A stretch of DNA of 64,000 bases from Escherichia coli (GCF_050920415.1 NZ_CP169309.1), one strand, 5' to 3'. Counted from the stretch's first letter, positions 15,286-30,224 are shown. Notes: a model not told the origin generated them from the sequence alone. Program-made: numbers and translations.

Positions 15286-17148
15286 TTAGGATGAGGGTTT
15301 CGTTTCCGGTTCATCCGCTATGTTGCCGGTATGTTTACCTTCTTCGGTGCCCTGCCAGCCATGTCGTTGAATTAATGACAGATGTTCGCGGTCTTCGGTA
15401 ATGATCTCACTTAACATCGCACTGGTGCGTTTATAGACCGCTGCGCGGGCTTTGGTGTCGTTCTCAACTACTGCCATCTCTTCCACCATCTGAATATTAA
15501 AGCGGCGGAATACATCTGCACGCTCCCGCGCTTCATACGGCCCCAGACCTAAACTTTCCAGCGCCAGACGCCCGGTTTTCAGTGCCCCTTCAAAGGTTTC
15601 ACGCTCTGGCTTTTCAACGCCTGCCTGACGCAAACGAATGTAGTGATCGACATCGCGGGCGCGGGCAATAATCTGCAGATGCGGGAAATGTTCTTTCACC
15701 ATCTCCGTCAGTTGCAGGTTGGTTTGAGGATCGTCAATGGCGTTAATCAGCACTTCCGCTTTCGCCGCTCCGGCAGATTCCAGTAAATCCATCCGCGTGG
15801 CATCGCCGTAAAACACTTTCATGCCGAATTTTCGCAGCGTTTCGATATGGTCCGGATCGTGATCGAGTACCACCATTTTCACCCCGCTGGAGAGCAGTAA
15901 ACGTCCGGTGATCTGCCCAAAACGACCGAATCCGGCAATGATTACCCGCGGCTGTTCTTCGTCGATCTCATCGGCTTCACGCGCCTCTTCAGTAGAAGAT
16001 TGCTCAAGGCGATTGAGGATCACCAGCAGAATCGGCGTTGCTGCCATCGACAGCGCCACCGCCAGGGTCAGCGATTTCGCCCACTCCGGCTCCAGCACAT
16101 TCGCCATCTGCGCCGCACCAAATACTACAAAGGCAAACTCACTGCCCTGTCCTAATAACACCGCAAACCAGCGACGCTGTTTATTTGGCACCTGCAACGG
16201 TCGGGCAATCAGCCACAGCATGGCGATTTTGATGATGAGGAAACCGAGCAGCAAAATGACAATGCGCAATGGGTTTTCAATCAGCGTGCCAAAGTCTATC
16301 GACATGCCAACACCGATGAAAAACAGCCCCAACAGCAAACCTTTAAATGGCTCGATATCGCTTTCCAACGCATGGCGGTATTCCGAGCTTGCCAGCAGTA
16401 CGCCCGCCAGAAACGCCCCCATCGCCATCGACAAGCCGACCTCTTCCAGCAGCAAACCAAAGCCAAACACGAGGAATAACGCCACGGCACTAAACACTTC
16501 CCGCAAGCCAGAGCGGGCAACAAAACGCAGCGCCGGACGCGTGACATAGCGCCCCAGCAGTACCACCAGCACCAGTGCACCCGCCACTTTTAACGCCGAG
16601 AGAGCAAATGCGCCCATCGTCGTCGAGGCACTGCTCGCCGCCAGTAGCGGGATCATCGCTACCAGCGGGATCGCGGCGATATCCTGGAACAGCAGCACCG
16701 CAAAGGCGCTACGGCCCATTTGTGTCACCATCAGGTTGCGTTCATTCATCGCCTGCATGGCAATTGCCGTTGATGAGAGCGCCAGTGTCATGCCGATCAG
16801 TTCCGCTACCTGCCAGCGCAGACCAAGGAACATGCAGAACAGCCCCAGCAGGCCGCCGCAAACCACCATCTGTAATGCACCACCACCAAACACTGCCGCA
16901 CGCAACTTCCACAGCCTTTGTGGATCGAGTTCGAGGCCGATAATAAACAGCATCAGCACCACGCCGATCTCGGCAAAGTGCAGAATAGATTCGGCATCGG
17001 TCACCAGTCGCAGCCCCCACGGGCCAATAATGCAGCCGGCGATCAGGTAGCCAAGTACCGATCCCAGACCAAGACGTACCGCAATGGGTACAATCAGCGC
17101 CGCCGAACCGAGATAAATCAGCGCCTGAATCAGCGTATGGCTATCCAT
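15286..17148 (-). CDS. kefC: Glutathione-regulated K+ efflux system protein KefC
   Basis: ORF track 15286..17244; start trimmed to [20 protein letters not shown] (620 aa); 8-bp overlap with kefF. Confidence 0.93.
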   Translation of the reverse strand: MDSHTLIQALIYLGSAALIVPIAVRLGLGSVLGYLIAGCIIGPWGLRLVTDAESILHFAEIGVVLMLFIIGLELDPQRLWKLRAAVFGGGALQMVVCGGLLGLFCMFLGLRWQVAELIGMTLALSSTAIAMQAMNERNLMVTQMGRSAFAVLLFQDIAAIPLVAMIPLLAASSASTTMGAFALSALKVAGALVLVVLLGRYVTRPALRFVARSGLREVFSAVALFLVFGFGLLLEEVGLSMAMGAFLAGVLLASSEYRHALESDIEPFKGLLLGLFFIGVGMSIDFGTLIENPLRIVILLLGFLIIKIAMLWLIARPLQVPNKQRRWFAVLLGQGSEFAFVVFGAAQMANVLEPEWAKSLTLAVALSMAATPILLVILNRLEQSSTEEAREADEIDEEQPRVIIAGFGRFGQITGRLLLSSGVKMVVLDHDPDHIETLRKFGMKVFYGDATRMDLLESAGAAKAEVLINAIDDPQTNLQLTEMVKEHFPHLQIIARARDVDHYIRLRQAGVEKPERETFEGALKTGRLALESLGLGPYEARERADVFRRFNIQMVEEMAVVENDTKARAAVYKRTSAMLSEIITEDREHLSLIQRHGWQGTEEGKHTGNIADEPETKPSS

Positions 17149-17671
17149 GATGTGCCTCCTGCCATTCCAGCAGACGTTGCTTATAGTGACGCGCCTGCCC
17201 TTCGAGGGTTTCGTCGTCACAAATAAAGGTACAGTGCATGGCAAACGGTGGCAGCCAGTTCAGCCCGCAGTAGATTGCCGTCGCCTGTAGCGGCTGCGAC
17301 AGCACATCAAAGCCCGGATGTGCACCAATCTCAAAATGGCTTTCCCCGCCGCCGGTCGTCACCGCCCACAGCAAATGTTTACCATGCAGTGCCGTGCCGC
17401 CGTGACCGTAAGCCCAGCCGTGCGAGAAGACTTTATCGATCCAAAGTTTAAGGAGCGGAGGAATGCTGTACCACTGCATCGGGTGCTGCCAGACGATCAG
17501 GTCGGCGCGAGACAACGCCTCCTGCTCGGCAGCAATATCGATATTGAAGTCAGGATAGAGTTGATAAAGAGAGCGAACTTCGACGCCTTCCAGCGTCCTT
17601 GCCTGTTCAAGCATCCGTTTATTCGCATGAGAATGATGCGGATACGGATGCGCATAAATTATGAGGATCAT
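17141..17671 (-). CDS. kefF: KefC ancillary quinone oxidoreductase KefF
   Basis: 176-aa [26 protein letters not shown]...; flavodoxin-like fold; synteny yaaU-kefF-kefC. Confidence 0.93.
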   Translation of the reverse strand: MILIIYAHPYPHHSHANKRMLEQARTLEGVEVRSLYQLYPDFNIDIAAEQEALSRADLIVWQHPMQWYSIPPLLKLWIDKVFSHGWAYGHGGTALHGKHLLWAVTTGGGESHFEIGAHPGFDVLSQPLQATAIYCGLNWLPPFAMHCTFICDDETLEGQARHYKQRLLEWQEAHHG

Positions 17672-17778
17672 AGTTAACTCGCGTGTTTACGCCTTTGTTT
17701 TCCCACAAAGTGTAGTCACATATTCACGCAGCTAATAGTCAATAATATTGATTCAAAAAAGGCAGAAATCTGAATAAA

Positions 17779-19110
17779 TTACCCCATTCGTTGCCTGCGA
17801 ATCGTCATATTGCTGGTCTGGGCCAGCGACATCCCCCGTGTCTCTGGCGCAAACGCAATGGAAATCAACAAACCAAACAGCGAGATACCTGCTCCCATCA
17901 GCATCGTGTTACTGATGCCGTAATTATTGATAAAGATCGGCAGCGCCCAGGTTGAAACAATGGTGCCAATACGGCTTAAGGACATAATAACGCCCACAGC
18001 AGAGGCGCGGATATCCGTCGGGAAGAGTTCATTAGGATAGAGCCACTGCAAATTACCTGGCCCGCCAGAGAAAAAGGCATACACCGCAAATGCCATCACT
18101 ACCAGCCAGATCCCCATATCCGGGATCAGCCCCAAAACCGCCAACGCCAGCGTCATCATGGCAAAGCTGCCAATCAACAACGGACGCCGTCCGGCAGTGT
18201 TTAGCCACAGCATCGGCGGAATACAGCCGAGCATAAAGAACAGGCTAATCACCACGTTCCCCAGTGCCGCGTTTTTGCCAACGCCCAATCCCAGCAGACC
18301 AACTATTTGCGGGCCAAAGGTGTAAATAGCGAACATCGGGATCACCTGGCAGGTCCAGATGGCGGCAACAAACAGAACAAAAGGAAAATGGCGGCGATTA
18401 AACAGATCGCGAAAACGGGTTTGCTGCGGCGGCTCTTCGTCGAAAGCCACCGGCTCACCAAACAGTTTGATCATCATCTCTTCGCACTCTTTCACTCGCC
18501 CTTTGCGTAATAACCAGCGGGGAGATTCTGGCAGTTCGAATCGACCAATCAAAATCAACAAACAGGGGATCGCCGCGCTACCCAGCATCCAGCGCCAGCC
18601 GCCTTCCACATCATAAAGCCAATAGCCGACCAAATCGGCGCAGGTCGCGCCGACATACCACATAGCGGCGATAAAGCTGATTGAAAACGCCCGCTGTCGG
18701 GTGCTGGAGAACTCGGTGATCATCGAAGTCGCGATGGGATAATCCGCACCGATGACAATGCCGATGAGTACCCGCATCACCAGTAGTTCGATGGGGGATG
18801 AGACAAACATCGTTGCTACCGATATCACACCAATGGCGATGATATCAATGAGGAACATTTTGCGCCGTCCGACTTTATCGGAGATATAGCCAAACAGCGA
18901 TGTACCGACAAACAGCCCGGCGAGCGTTCCCGCCCCCAGCAAGCCAATCCAGTCTGCGTCCAGCTTTAGCGCAGGAGTCAGTTGCTCCAGCGCCACGCCA
19001 ATCATTACCAGTACATAACCATCCAGAAACGGGCCACCGCTTCCCCACAGCAAAATGCGGCGGTGAATTGAGGAGAATTTGAGATCGTCAAAGTTTCTGG
19101 ACGGTTGCAT
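17779..19110 (-). CDS. yaaU: MFS transporter YaaU
   Basis: 443-aa hydrophobic multi-helix ORF; position between fixX and kefF. Confidence 0.88.
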   Translation of the reverse strand: MQPSRNFDDLKFSSIHRRILLWGSGGPFLDGYVLVMIGVALEQLTPALKLDADWIGLLGAGTLAGLFVGTSLFGYISDKVGRRKMFLIDIIAIGVISVATMFVSSPIELLVMRVLIGIVIGADYPIATSMITEFSSTRQRAFSISFIAAMWYVGATCADLVGYWLYDVEGGWRWMLGSAAIPCLLILIGRFELPESPRWLLRKGRVKECEEMMIKLFGEPVAFDEEPPQQTRFRDLFNRRHFPFVLFVAAIWTCQVIPMFAIYTFGPQIVGLLGLGVGKNAALGNVVISLFFMLGCIPPMLWLNTAGRRPLLIGSFAMMTLALAVLGLIPDMGIWLVVMAFAVYAFFSGGPGNLQWLYPNELFPTDIRASAVGVIMSLSRIGTIVSTWALPIFINNYGISNTMLMGAGISLFGLLISIAFAPETRGMSLAQTSNMTIRRQRMG

Positions 19111-19168
19111 GGGTTATTCCTGTTTTTTTACAATGAGAGTCAGTACGGCGTTACGTATCAAACCAACA

Positions 19169-19456
19169 TCAGCCGTAACGAAACTCCACACCAAAGGTGC
19201 CGCGCGGGTATTCCCACTGTTCCAGCGCCGACCCCAGCCCCAGAATTCGGCAGGTGCCACACTCCAGACATCCGGCGTAATCGAAACGCACGCTGCCGTC
19301 ATCCTGCTTCTTATACAGACCTGCGGGGCACGCTTTCACCAGCAGCTCCAGCGCCTGTTTATCCGCATCGGCCTTTACAACAATGTGCGGATGCTCTTCA
19401 TCGACATTGAATTTATTGACGCCCAGTTTGACGTCCACATTGACGGGAGAAGTCAT
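19169..19456 (-). CDS. fixX: Ferredoxin-like protein FixX
   Basis: 95-aa ORF with Cys-rich ferredoxin motif (CPAGLY...CLECGTC); 4-bp overlap with fixC. Confidence 0.93.
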   Translation of the reverse strand: MTSPVNVDVKLGVNKFNVDEEHPHIVVKADADKQALELLVKACPAGLYKKQDDGSVRFDYAGCLECGTCRILGLGSALEQWEYPRGTFGVEFRYG

Positions 19457-20739
19457 AAAACGGTCACTCCTTTCATGCCATCCTTGATCAGATTGATGAA
19501 GCCCACTTTCTTGCCGTGGCGGAGGATTTTCTTGCGCATCAGTTCCGGCACGCTGCCGTCAATGGTGAACAGGTCACGCGCCACGCCCACCGCCAGTTCC
19601 GGGTAGCCGCTAAACATGCGTGGGTTATCAAGGAACGTCGGTAGTTTCTGGTACATGCGCATATCGCGCAGTGGGCCACTCTCCAGATGCTGACGATATT
19701 CCGTCAGTTTTTGCTTACTGAAATCGTCGCTTTTCATCGCTGAAAGCACGGTTTTTGCAGCAGCTTCCCCGGCGGCAATCGCCAGATCCATACCGCGAAT
19801 AGTAAAACCGAGGTTCATACACATTCCGGCGGCATCACCGGCAATCAACACGCCGTCACCGACCAGCTCCGGCAGCATGTTGATGCCTGCTTCCGGCACT
19901 ACGTGAGCGGAATATTCCACCAGCTTGCCACCCGCAATCAGCGGTGCAACTGCCGGATGTTGTTTGAAATCTTCCAGCATTTGCGGCACCGATTTTTTTG
20001 CGTCATGCAGATGATGCAGACCGCAAACCAGCCCCAGCGACAGGGTATTTTCATTGGTATAAAGGAAGCCGCCGCCCATCAGGCCATCAGTAGGTGATCC
20101 CGCAAATAAGCAAGCCGCCCCCTGATTACCCTGCAACTGAAAACGGTCTTCGATAACCGACTTCGGTAACTCGATCAGTTCCTTCACGCCAACCGCCACA
20201 TCCGTCGGTTTGACGCGTTTTGCCATCCCCAGCTTTTCGGCAAGGATCGAATTCACTCCGTCAGCAAGGATCACCGTTTTCGCTTCAATCACATCGCCAT
20301 CGGCTTCTACGCCGACAACTTTGCCATCGCGCTGTACGAGGTTATCGACACGAATCCCGGTAATTAACTGCGCGCCCGCCTCTTCGGCCTGCTCCATCAA
20401 CCAGGCATCAAATTTACTGCGCAAAACGGAGTAAGAACGCTGGGATGGCGAGGTTTCGTCGCCATTGCAGTAGTCCATAGTCATCGCTGACTTTTCCGTC
20501 ATAAACGCGAGTTTTTCATGGGTGATCAGGCGTTCTACGGGGGCGGATTCGGCGAAACCAGGAATAATGTGTTCCAGACTGTGGGCATAGAGACGCCCGC
20601 CGGTGACGTTCTTGGCACCTGCGGAATTGCCACGCTCGATAACTAACACTTGCGCACCTTCGCAGGCGAGCACCAGTGCGGCAACCGAACCGGCAAGCCC
20701 TGCACCTACGATGATGGCGTCAAAGATATCTTCGGACAT
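19453..20739 (-). CDS. fixC: FAD-dependent oxidoreductase FixC
   Basis: 428-aa ORF with N-terminal FAD fold (DAIIVGAGLAGSVAAL). Confidence 0.93.
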   Translation of the reverse strand: MSEDIFDAIIVGAGLAGSVAALVLACEGAQVLVIERGNSAGAKNVTGGRLYAHSLEHIIPGFAESAPVERLITHEKLAFMTEKSAMTMDYCNGDETSPSQRSYSVLRSKFDAWLMEQAEEAGAQLITGIRVDNLVQRDGKVVGVEADGDVIEAKTVILADGVNSILAEKLGMAKRVKPTDVAVGVKELIELPKSVIEDRFQLQGNQGAACLFAGSPTDGLMGGGFLYTNENTLSLGLVCGLHHLHDAKKSVPQMLEDFKQHPAVAPLIAGGKLVEYSAHVVPEAGINMLPELVGDGVLIAGDAAGMCMNLGFTIRGMDLAIAAGEAAAKTVLSAMKSDDFSKQKLTEYRQHLESGPLRDMRMYQKLPTFLDNPRMFSGYPELAVGVARDLFTIDGSVPELMRKKILRHGKKVGFINLIKDGMKGVTVL

Positions 20740-20789
20740 AAGAGCTCCCTGTCAGCGGCAGGGCCGAAATGCAGCCCTGCCAGAGTGGA

Positions 20790-21731
20790 TCAACGCGCTA
20801 AAGCGGCGGTCAGCGCCGGAAGGATCTTCACGGCGTCACCAACAATGCCGTAATCCGCGAACTGGAAGATCGGCGCATTTTTATCTTTGTTGATGGCGAA
20901 AATAGTTTGCGACGCGTTAGCGCCAACCATGTGCTGGATCTGCCCGGAGATCCCCACCGCCAGGTACAATTCAGGTTTCAGCATCAGGTTGGAGATACCG
21001 ACATAGCGTTCGTGCTCCATCCATTTTTCGTTTTCCGCCACCGGACGAGAACAGGCCAGCTCCGCACCTATCGCCTTGCAAAGCTGTTCTGCCAGCGCAA
21101 TGTTCTCTTTGCTGCCAATGCCGCGACCGACGCTGACCACCAGACGGGCTTTATCCAGATCGACGCTGTTGCTCTGGCGCGCCTGCGTTGCCGTGCGGGT
21201 AATCGCCACCGCCGGAGCCTGCCACGCCACGGTGTGTGTTTCGCCAGTACGTGACGCGTCTGGCTGAGCCGCATCGAACGTGCCGCTGCTGATGGTCAGT
21301 ACCGCATACGGCGTGGCAATGCGTTCTTCGCCAATCGCCAGACCGCCGTAAACCATGTGTTTCACTGTCGCTTTACCGTCCTGCACGCTAACGGCGCTGG
21401 CATCGTTCGAAACCGCCGCTTTAAGGCGATAACCCAGTTTTGCCGCCAGTAATTTGCCGCGACGAGTATTCGGCAACAGCACCAGACCGTCTGCGCCGTG
21501 CTGGCGAATAGTGTCAGCCATGACACCGGCGTAATCTTCGATCATCCGATCGTCCGGTTTGCCGCTTAATTTCCAGACATGATTAGCGCCAAACTGGATT
21601 GCCAGTGCGCCGTCGGCATCATTGAGGACAAAGGTGTTGATTTGATTAGCTAAAGCCTGCGCACCGTTCATCAGTTCCGGCAGACGAGAAGGGGTATCGC
21701 TGAATACCCAGACTTGAGAAAACGTGTTCAT
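20790..21731 (-). CDS. fixB: Electron transfer flavoprotein alpha-subunit homologue FixB
   Basis: 313-aa ORF; ETF-alpha-like; fixABCX order. Confidence 0.93.
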   Translation of the reverse strand: MNTFSQVWVFSDTPSRLPELMNGAQALANQINTFVLNDADGALAIQFGANHVWKLSGKPDDRMIEDYAGVMADTIRQHGADGLVLLPNTRRGKLLAAKLGYRLKAAVSNDASAVSVQDGKATVKHMVYGGLAIGEERIATPYAVLTISSGTFDAAQPDASRTGETHTVAWQAPAVAITRTATQARQSNSVDLDKARLVVSVGRGIGSKENIALAEQLCKAIGAELACSRPVAENEKWMEHERYVGISNLMLKPELYLAVGISGQIQHMVGANASQTIFAINKDKNAPIFQFADYGIVGDAVKILPALTAALAR

Positions 21732-21745
21732 AGCATCCCCTGTAA

Positions 21746-22516
21746 TTAAATGACTTTGCGAAGATTTTCAGCAAATGCGGCGATCTGTTCTTCGCCGTCG
21801 CCTTCAATCACAATGCGCTGACGCTCGCGCTGTTTCGGTGCGGCAACCTGTTGTTCAGACCAGGCTTCCACGGCGTTAAAGCCAATGTCCGCCGCCGACC
21901 ATACCTGGACTGGCTTTTTCGCCGCGCCGAGAATGGCTTTCATTGAAGGAATTTGTGGGGAGTTGATATCAGTGGAAACAGCAACAACCGCAGGCAGCGG
22001 AATGCTTAACGTTTCTGTTTCATCTTCCAGTTCGCGTTCAACGGTGAGGGTATCTGCCGTCAGGGAAATAATTTTGCTGACACCGTTAACGACTGGAATA
22101 TCGAGGATTTCGCCCACCAGCAAACCAACCTGTTGGGCATAAAGGTCGGAAGAACCATCGCCGCAGAGGATCAGATCAAACCCTGCTTTCTGGGCGGCTG
22201 CAGCCAGTGCTGTCGCCGTTTGTTGCGGCAGTGCCTGCTCGAACTGGTCATCAATTACCACAATCAGTTCATCCGGACCGCGCGATAGCACATCTTTACG
22301 CCCTTTGGCATTGGTCAGGGCTTTACCGCCCACACTTAAGGCCGTCACCTGCGCTTCTGCCGCCTGCTGTTTTAACTGACAAGCCGCTTCAATAGCGTTG
22401 AGATCGTATTGGCTTATTTTGGCATCGGCTTTACTGAAGTCTAACGAACCATCAGCATTATTGACCGCAATATCCTGTTCATCAGGCACGCACTTATAGC
22501 AAGTAATAATCTTCAT
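21746..22516 (-). CDS. fixA: Electron transfer flavoprotein beta-subunit homologue FixA
   Basis: ORF track 21746..22579; start trimmed to [15 protein letters not shown] (256 aa). Confidence 0.92.
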   Translation of the reverse strand: MKIITCYKCVPDEQDIAVNNADGSLDFSKADAKISQYDLNAIEAACQLKQQAAEAQVTALSVGGKALTNAKGRKDVLSRGPDELIVVIDDQFEQALPQQTATALAAAAQKAGFDLILCGDGSSDLYAQQVGLLVGEILDIPVVNGVSKIISLTADTLTVERELEDETETLSIPLPAVVAVSTDINSPQIPSMKAILGAAKKPVQVWSAADIGFNAVEAWSEQQVAAPKQRERQRIVIEGDGEEQIAAFAENLRKVI

Positions 22517-22599
22517 TGCATCTCCAGAAATCATGAAGGAAACGTCGTTCATATCGGTGGTGTTAATTACAGATATCACGCCCTTTAATTTGGAAATAA

Positions 22600-22745
22600 A
22601 ACTTTAATCACCAATATTGAAAATGTCACACGCAGATAAATCCAACTTTCAATATTGTTAAGTTCCTCACCAATATTGAAAACACGGCGTAGCAAAAAGA
22701 AATTTTCAATATTGTTTTATGGATCACCAATATTGAAAGTCAGAT
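22600..22745. promoter_or_regulatory. Divergent caiT/fixA control region with five copies of the palindromic core CAATATTG (CaiF/CRP-regulated)
   Basis: Seen in sequence: TCACCAATATTGAAAA (22608), TTTCAATATTGTT (22647), CTCACCAATATTGAAAA (22666), TTTTCAATATTGTT (22703), ATCACCAATATTGAAAG (22723). Established knowledge: CaiF binds inverted-repeat half-sites in the cai-fix intergenic region. Confidence 0.7.
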
Positions 22746-22985
22746 GCTATTTTTTTACTCATATCAGAACATAACACACTGATTAATAATCAAAATTAAC
22801 ACAAAAATGCCCTCTATTCACCCGAAACAAAAATGTGATAACAATCACAGAATGCAGCTTGTTGAATACCCATTATGAGTTAGCCATTAACGCGTCCACG
22901 AGGTTAATGATAATTATATTAAATGTTAACAAAAATAAAACAAACGGGAACGCAAAATAAATATTCGTTTTCACAGTGGAATTAA

Positions 22986-24503
<1,518 letters not shown>

Positions 24504-24533
24504 TTAACCCACAAAATATCAAGAGGTTGAAAG

Positions 24534-25676
24534 ATGGATTTTAATTTAAATGATGAGCAGGAACTGTTTGTCGCCGGTATCCGCGAACTGATGGCCAGCG
24601 AAAACTGGGAGGCCTATTTTGCCGAGTGCGACCGTGACAACGTCTACCCGGAACGTTTTGTCAAAGCACTGGCAGATATGGGTATCGACAGCCTGCTTAT
24701 CCCGGAAGAGCACGGCGGGCTGGACGCAGGTTTTGTCACCCTCGCCGCCGTGTGGATGGAATTGGGTCGTTTGGGGGCACCAACCTACGTGCTGTACCAG
24801 TTGCCGGGTGGATTCAACACCTTCCTGCGCGAAGGCACACAAGAGCAGATCGACAAGATTATGGCGTTTCGTGGTACTGGTAAGCAGATGTGGAACTCAG
24901 CGATTACCGAACCAGGGGCTGGCTCTGACGTGGGTAGCCTGAAAACGACTTATACCCGTAGAAATGGTAAGATTTATCTTAATGGTAGTAAGTGTTTTAT
25001 TACCAGCAGCGCCTACACCCCGTACATCGTGGTGATGGCGCGTGACGGGGCTTCTCCGGACAAACCTGTCTACACCGAATGGTTTGTTGATATGAGCAAA
25101 CCGGGCATCAAAGTGACCAAACTTGAGAAGCTCGGTCTGCGTATGGATAGCTGCTGTGAAATCACCTTTGACGATGTGGAACTGGACGAGAAAGACATGT
25201 TCGGTCGGGAAGGTAACGGCTTTAACCGCGTCAAAGAAGAGTTCGACCATGAACGTTTCCTGGTAGCCCTCACCAACTACGGTACGGCGATGTGCGCCTT
25301 TGAAGATGCGGCGCGCTACGCCAACCAGCGCGTGCAGTTTGGCGAGGCTATTGGTCGTTTCCAGTTGATTCAGGAAAAATTCGCCCACATGGCGATCAAA
25401 TTAAACTCCATGAAAAACATGCTGTATGAAGCAGCGTGGAAAGCAGACAACGGCACCATCACCTCTGGCGATGCAGCGATGTGCAAATACTTCTGCGCCA
25501 ATGCGGCATTTGAAGTGGTGGATAGCGCAATGCAGGTGCTGGGCGGTGTTGGGATTGCGGGCAACCACCGCATAAGCCGCTTCTGGCGTGATCTGCGTGT
25601 AGACCGCGTCTCCGGGGGATCTGACGAAATGCAGATCCTGACGCTGGGTCGTGCGGTGCTGAAACAATACCGCTAA
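24534..25676 (+). CDS. caiA: Crotonobetainyl-CoA reductase CaiA (acyl-CoA dehydrogenase family)
   Basis: 380-aa ORF; acyl-CoA dehydrogenase-like; synteny. Confidence 0.95.
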   Translation: MDFNLNDEQELFVAGIRELMASENWEAYFAECDRDNVYPERFVKALADMGIDSLLIPEEHGGLDAGFVTLAAVWMELGRLGAPTYVLYQLPGGFNTFLREGTQEQIDKIMAFRGTGKQMWNSAITEPGAGSDVGSLKTTYTRRNGKIYLNGSKCFITSSAYTPYIVVMARDGASPDKPVYTEWFVDMSKPGIKVTKLEKLGLRMDSCCEITFDDVELDEKDMFGREGNGFNRVKEEFDHERFLVALTNYGTAMCAFEDAARYANQRVQFGEAIGRFQLIQEKFAHMAIKLNSMKNMLYEAAWKADNGTITSGDAAMCKYFCANAAFEVVDSAMQVLGGVGIAGNHRISRFWRDLRVDRVSGGSDEMQILTLGRAVLKQYR

Positions 25677-25687
25677 GTCCGTGCGCT

Positions 25688-25771
25688 GCCTGATGCGACG
25701 CTACCGCGTCTTATCAGGCCTACGGGAGTACGAATGTAGGCCTGATAAGGCGTTTACGTCGCATCCGGCAG
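25688..25771. repeat. REP/BIME-type palindromic element (caiA-caiB intergenic)
   Basis: Seen in sequence: GCCTGATGCGACGCT...CGTCTTATCAGGCCTAC and GTAGGCCTGATAAGGCG...GTCGCATCCGGCAG, the canonical E. coli REP palindromic units. Confidence 0.75.
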
Positions 25772-25786
25772 TCATGCGCTACATAA

Positions 25787-27022
<1,236 letters not shown>

Positions 27023-27094
27023 ACGCGTGGCGTCAGTCAGCTTGCCTGACTAGCGCCCGCCCAATAACAAACGACTAAAATGGATAGAGGTGCA

Positions 27095-28648
27095 ATGGAT
27101 ATCATTGGCGGACAACATCTACGTCAAATGTGGGACGATCTGGCGGACATTTACGGTCATAAAACGGCGCTGATTTGTGAATCCAGCGGCGGAGTCGTTA
27201 ACCGGTACAGTTATCTTGAGTTAAATCAGGAGATTAACCGCACGGCAAACCTGTTTCATACGCTGGGGATTCGCAAAGGCGACAAGGTTGCTCTACATCT
27301 CGACAACTGCCCGGAATTTATCTTTTGCTGGTTCGGGTTGGCAAAAATTGGCGCGATTATGGTGCCGATTAACGCCCGCCTGTTGCGCGAAGAAAGCACG
27401 TGGATCCTGCAAAATAGCCAGGCGTGCCTGCTGGTGACCAGTGCGCAGTTCTATCCCATGTATCAACAGATTCAGCAGGAAGATGCCACTCAGTTGCGGC
27501 ACATTTGCCTGACAGATGTGGCACTTCCCGCTGATGATGGCGTGAGTTCGTTTACTCAACTGAAAAATCAACAACCTGCCACCTTGTGCTATGCACCGCC
27601 GCTATCGACTGACGATACGGCGGAAATTCTCTTTACCTCCGGTACCACTTCCCGGCCGAAAGGGGTGGTGATTACCCATTACAACCTGCGCTTCGCCGGA
27701 TATTACTCCGCCTGGCAGTGCGCACTACGTGACGATGACGTCTACCTGACGGTAATGCCTGCATTTCATATCGATTGCCAGTGTACTGCGGCGATGGCGG
27801 CGTTTTCTGCCGGAGCCACCTTTGTGCTGGTCGAGAAATACAGCGCCCGCGCCTTCTGGGGACAGGTACAAAAGTACCGCGCCACCGTTACCGAATGCAT
27901 TCCGATGATGATCCGTACCTTGATGGTGCAGCCGCCTTCTGTGAACGATCGGCAACACCATCTGCGGGAAGTGATGTTTTATCTCAACCTGTCGGAGCAG
28001 GAAAAGGACGCATTTTGTGAACGCTTTGGCGTCCGCTTGCTGACGTCTTATGGGATGACGGAAACCATTGTTGGCATTATCGGCGATCGCCCCGGCGATA
28101 AACGACGCTGGCCGTCAATTGGCCGTGCAGGATTTTGCTACGAAGCGGAGATCCGCGACGATCACAATCGTCCGCTCCCGGCTGGTGAAATCGGTGAAAT
28201 CTGCATTAAAGGCGTACCAGGGAAAACCATCTTCAAAGAATATTTTCTTAACCCGCAAGCCACTGCCAGAGTCCTGGAAGCCGATGGCTGGCTGCACACT
28301 GGCGATACCGGATACCGCGACGAAGAGGGCTTTTTTTATTTCGTCGATCGCCGCTGCAATATGATTAAACGCGGTGGCGAGAATGTCTCCTGCGTGGAGC
28401 TGGAAAATATTATCGCCGCACATCCGAAAATTCAGGACATCGTAGTTGTTGGTATTAAAGATTCGATTCGTGATGAAGCTATCAAAGCATTTGTGGTGCT
28501 GAATGAAGGTGAAATATTGAGCGAAGAGGAATTTTTCCGCTTCTGCGAACAAAATATGGCGAAATTTAAAGTGCCCTCTTATCTGGAGATCAGAAAAGAT
28601 CTGCCACGTAATTGCTCGGGGAAAATAATTAGAAAGAATCTGAAATAA
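27095..28648 (+). CDS. caiC: Carnitine/crotonobetaine-CoA ligase CaiC
   Basis: ORF track 27080..28648; start taken at [11 protein letters not shown] (517 aa); AMP-binding motif [11 protein letters not shown]. Confidence 0.92.
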   Translation: MDIIGGQHLRQMWDDLADIYGHKTALICESSGGVVNRYSYLELNQEINRTANLFHTLGIRKGDKVALHLDNCPEFIFCWFGLAKIGAIMVPINARLLREESTWILQNSQACLLVTSAQFYPMYQQIQQEDATQLRHICLTDVALPADDGVSSFTQLKNQQPATLCYAPPLSTDDTAEILFTSGTTSRPKGVVITHYNLRFAGYYSAWQCALRDDDVYLTVMPAFHIDCQCTAAMAAFSAGATFVLVEKYSARAFWGQVQKYRATVTECIPMMIRTLMVQPPSVNDRQHHLREVMFYLNLSEQEKDAFCERFGVRLLTSYGMTETIVGIIGDRPGDKRRWPSIGRAGFCYEAEIRDDHNRPLPAGEIGEICIKGVPGKTIFKEYFLNPQATARVLEADGWLHTGDTGYRDEEGFFYFVDRRCNMIKRGGENVSCVELENIIAAHPKIQDIVVVGIKDSIRDEAIKAFVVLNEGEILSEEEFFRFCEQNMAKFKVPSYLEIRKDLPRNCSGKIIRKNLK

Positions 28649-28756
28649 ATGAAACGGCAGGGAACTACCCTGCCCGCTAATAATAACGCTCTAAAACAAT
28701 ATGCATTTTTTGCAGGGATGTTGTCGTCCCTGAAAAAGCAAAAATGGAGAAAAGGA

Positions 28757-29542
28757 ATGAGTGAATCATTACATCTGACCCGCAATGGATCAATTCTGGA
28801 AATTACCCTTGATCGCCCAAAAGCGAATGCTATTGATGCAAAAACCAGCTTTGAAATGGGCGAAGTCTTTCTAAATTTCCGTGACGATCCGCAATTACGC
28901 GTCGCCATTATTACCGGTGCCGGAGAGAAATTCTTTTCCGCGGGCTGGGATTTAAAAGCGGCAGCAGAAGGCGAAGCACCTGATGCTGACTTTGGCCCGG
29001 GTGGTTTTGCGGGATTAACCGAAATTTTCAATCTCGACAAACCGGTTATCGCAGCTGTGAACGGCTACGCCTTTGGCGGCGGCTTTGAACTGGCACTGGC
29101 GGCAGATTTTATTGTCTGTGCCGATAACGCCAGCTTCGCCCTGCCGGAAGCCAAACTGGGCATCGTTCCTGACAGCGGCGGTGTGCTGCGTCTGCCGAAG
29201 ATCCTGCCGCCTGCTATCGTCAATGAAATGGTGATGACCGGCAGAAGAATGAGCGCAGAAGAGGCGCTGCGTTGGGGGGTAGTCAACCGCGTGGTTAGCC
29301 AGGCGGAACTGATGGATAACGCCCGCGAACTGGCGCAACAACTGGTTGACAGCGCCCCGCTGGCGATTGCGGCGCTGAAAGAGATCTACCGCACCACCAG
29401 CGAAATGCCGGTAGAAGAAGCGTATCGCTATATTCGCAGCGGCGTGTTGAAACACTATCCATCGGTTCTGCATTCGGAAGATGCCATTGAAGGGCCGCTG
29501 GCGTTTGCCGAAAAGCGCGATCCGGTGTGGAAAGGACGTTAA
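28757..29542 (+). CDS. caiD: Carnitinyl-CoA dehydratase CaiD (enoyl-CoA hydratase family)
   Basis: ORF track 28649..29542; start taken at [12 protein letters not shown] (261 aa); crotonase fold. Confidence 0.9.
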   Translation: MSESLHLTRNGSILEITLDRPKANAIDAKTSFEMGEVFLNFRDDPQLRVAIITGAGEKFFSAGWDLKAAAEGEAPDADFGPGGFAGLTEIFNLDKPVIAAVNGYAFGGGFELALAADFIVCADNASFALPEAKLGIVPDSGGVLRLPKILPPAIVNEMVMTGRRMSAEEALRWGVVNRVVSQAELMDNARELAQQLVDSAPLAIAALKEIYRTTSEMPVEEAYRYIRSGVLKHYPSVLHSEDAIEGPLAFAEKRDPVWKGR

Positions 29543-29547
29543 CAACC

Positions 29548-30137
29548 GTGAGTTATTACGCCTTTGAGGGGTTAATTCCAGTGGTTCACCCGACGGCGTT
29601 TGTCCATCCCAGTGCGGTCTTGATTGGCGATGTGATTGTGGGAGCCGGTGTCTACATCGGCCCACTCGCCTCACTGCGTGGTGACTACGGGCGGTTGACG
29701 TGCAAGCGGGAGCCAATATTCAGGATGGTTGCATTATGCATGGCTACTGCGACACTGACACCATCGTTGGGGAAAACGGCCATATCGGGCACGGAGCAAT
29801 CCTGCATGGTTGTGTGATTGGTCGCGATGCATTGGTCGGGATGAACAGCGTGATTATGGATGGCGCGGTCATTGGCGAAGAGAGCATTGTTGCCGCCATG
29901 AGCTTTGTCAAAGCAGGCTTTAGCGGCGAGAAACGTCAGTTGTTGATGGGTACGCCTGCCCGCGCTGTACGCAGTGTTAGTGACGACGAGTTACACTGGA
30001 AGCAGTTGAATACCAAAGAGTATCAGGATCTTGTCGGCCGCTGCCATGTAGCGTTACATGAAACGCAGCCGTTGAGACAAATGGAGGAAAATCGCCCCCG
30101 TTTGCAGGGGACGACGGATGTGACGCCGAAACGGTGA
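29548..30137 (+). pseudogene. caiE: caiE split by an apparent 1-bp deletion (frameshift near 29698)
   Basis: Two ORFs in different frames (29527..29817 and 29700..30137) together cover CaiE; the first diverges after GDYGRL and the second resumes at (V)QAGANIQDG. Span is 590 nt, one short of the 591 expected for 196 aa plus stop. Confidence 0.7.
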
Positions 30138-30140
30138 TCT

Positions 30141-30224
30141 TGCCGGATGCGGCGCAAACGCCTTATCCGACCTGGCTGGAGAGCAACCGTAGGCCGGATA
30201 AGATGCCAGCATCGCATCCGGCAA
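30141..30224. repeat. REP/BIME-type palindromic element (caiE-caiF intergenic)
   Basis: Seen in sequence: TGCCGGATGCGGCGCAAACGCCTTATCCGACC...GTAGGCCGGATAAGATGCCAGCATCGCATCCGGCA. Confidence 0.75.

Noticed and set aside
16575-17226. Several 100-120-aa ORFs on the plus strand within kefC
   Set aside because: All antisense to kefC with Pro/Arg/Ser-rich translations; spurious.
22600-22745. Possible CRISPR array (short repeats with spacers)
   Set aside because: Repeats are only 11-16 bp, imperfect, palindromic and sit in the known cai-fix promoter; no cas genes nearby. Interpreted as regulatory sites.
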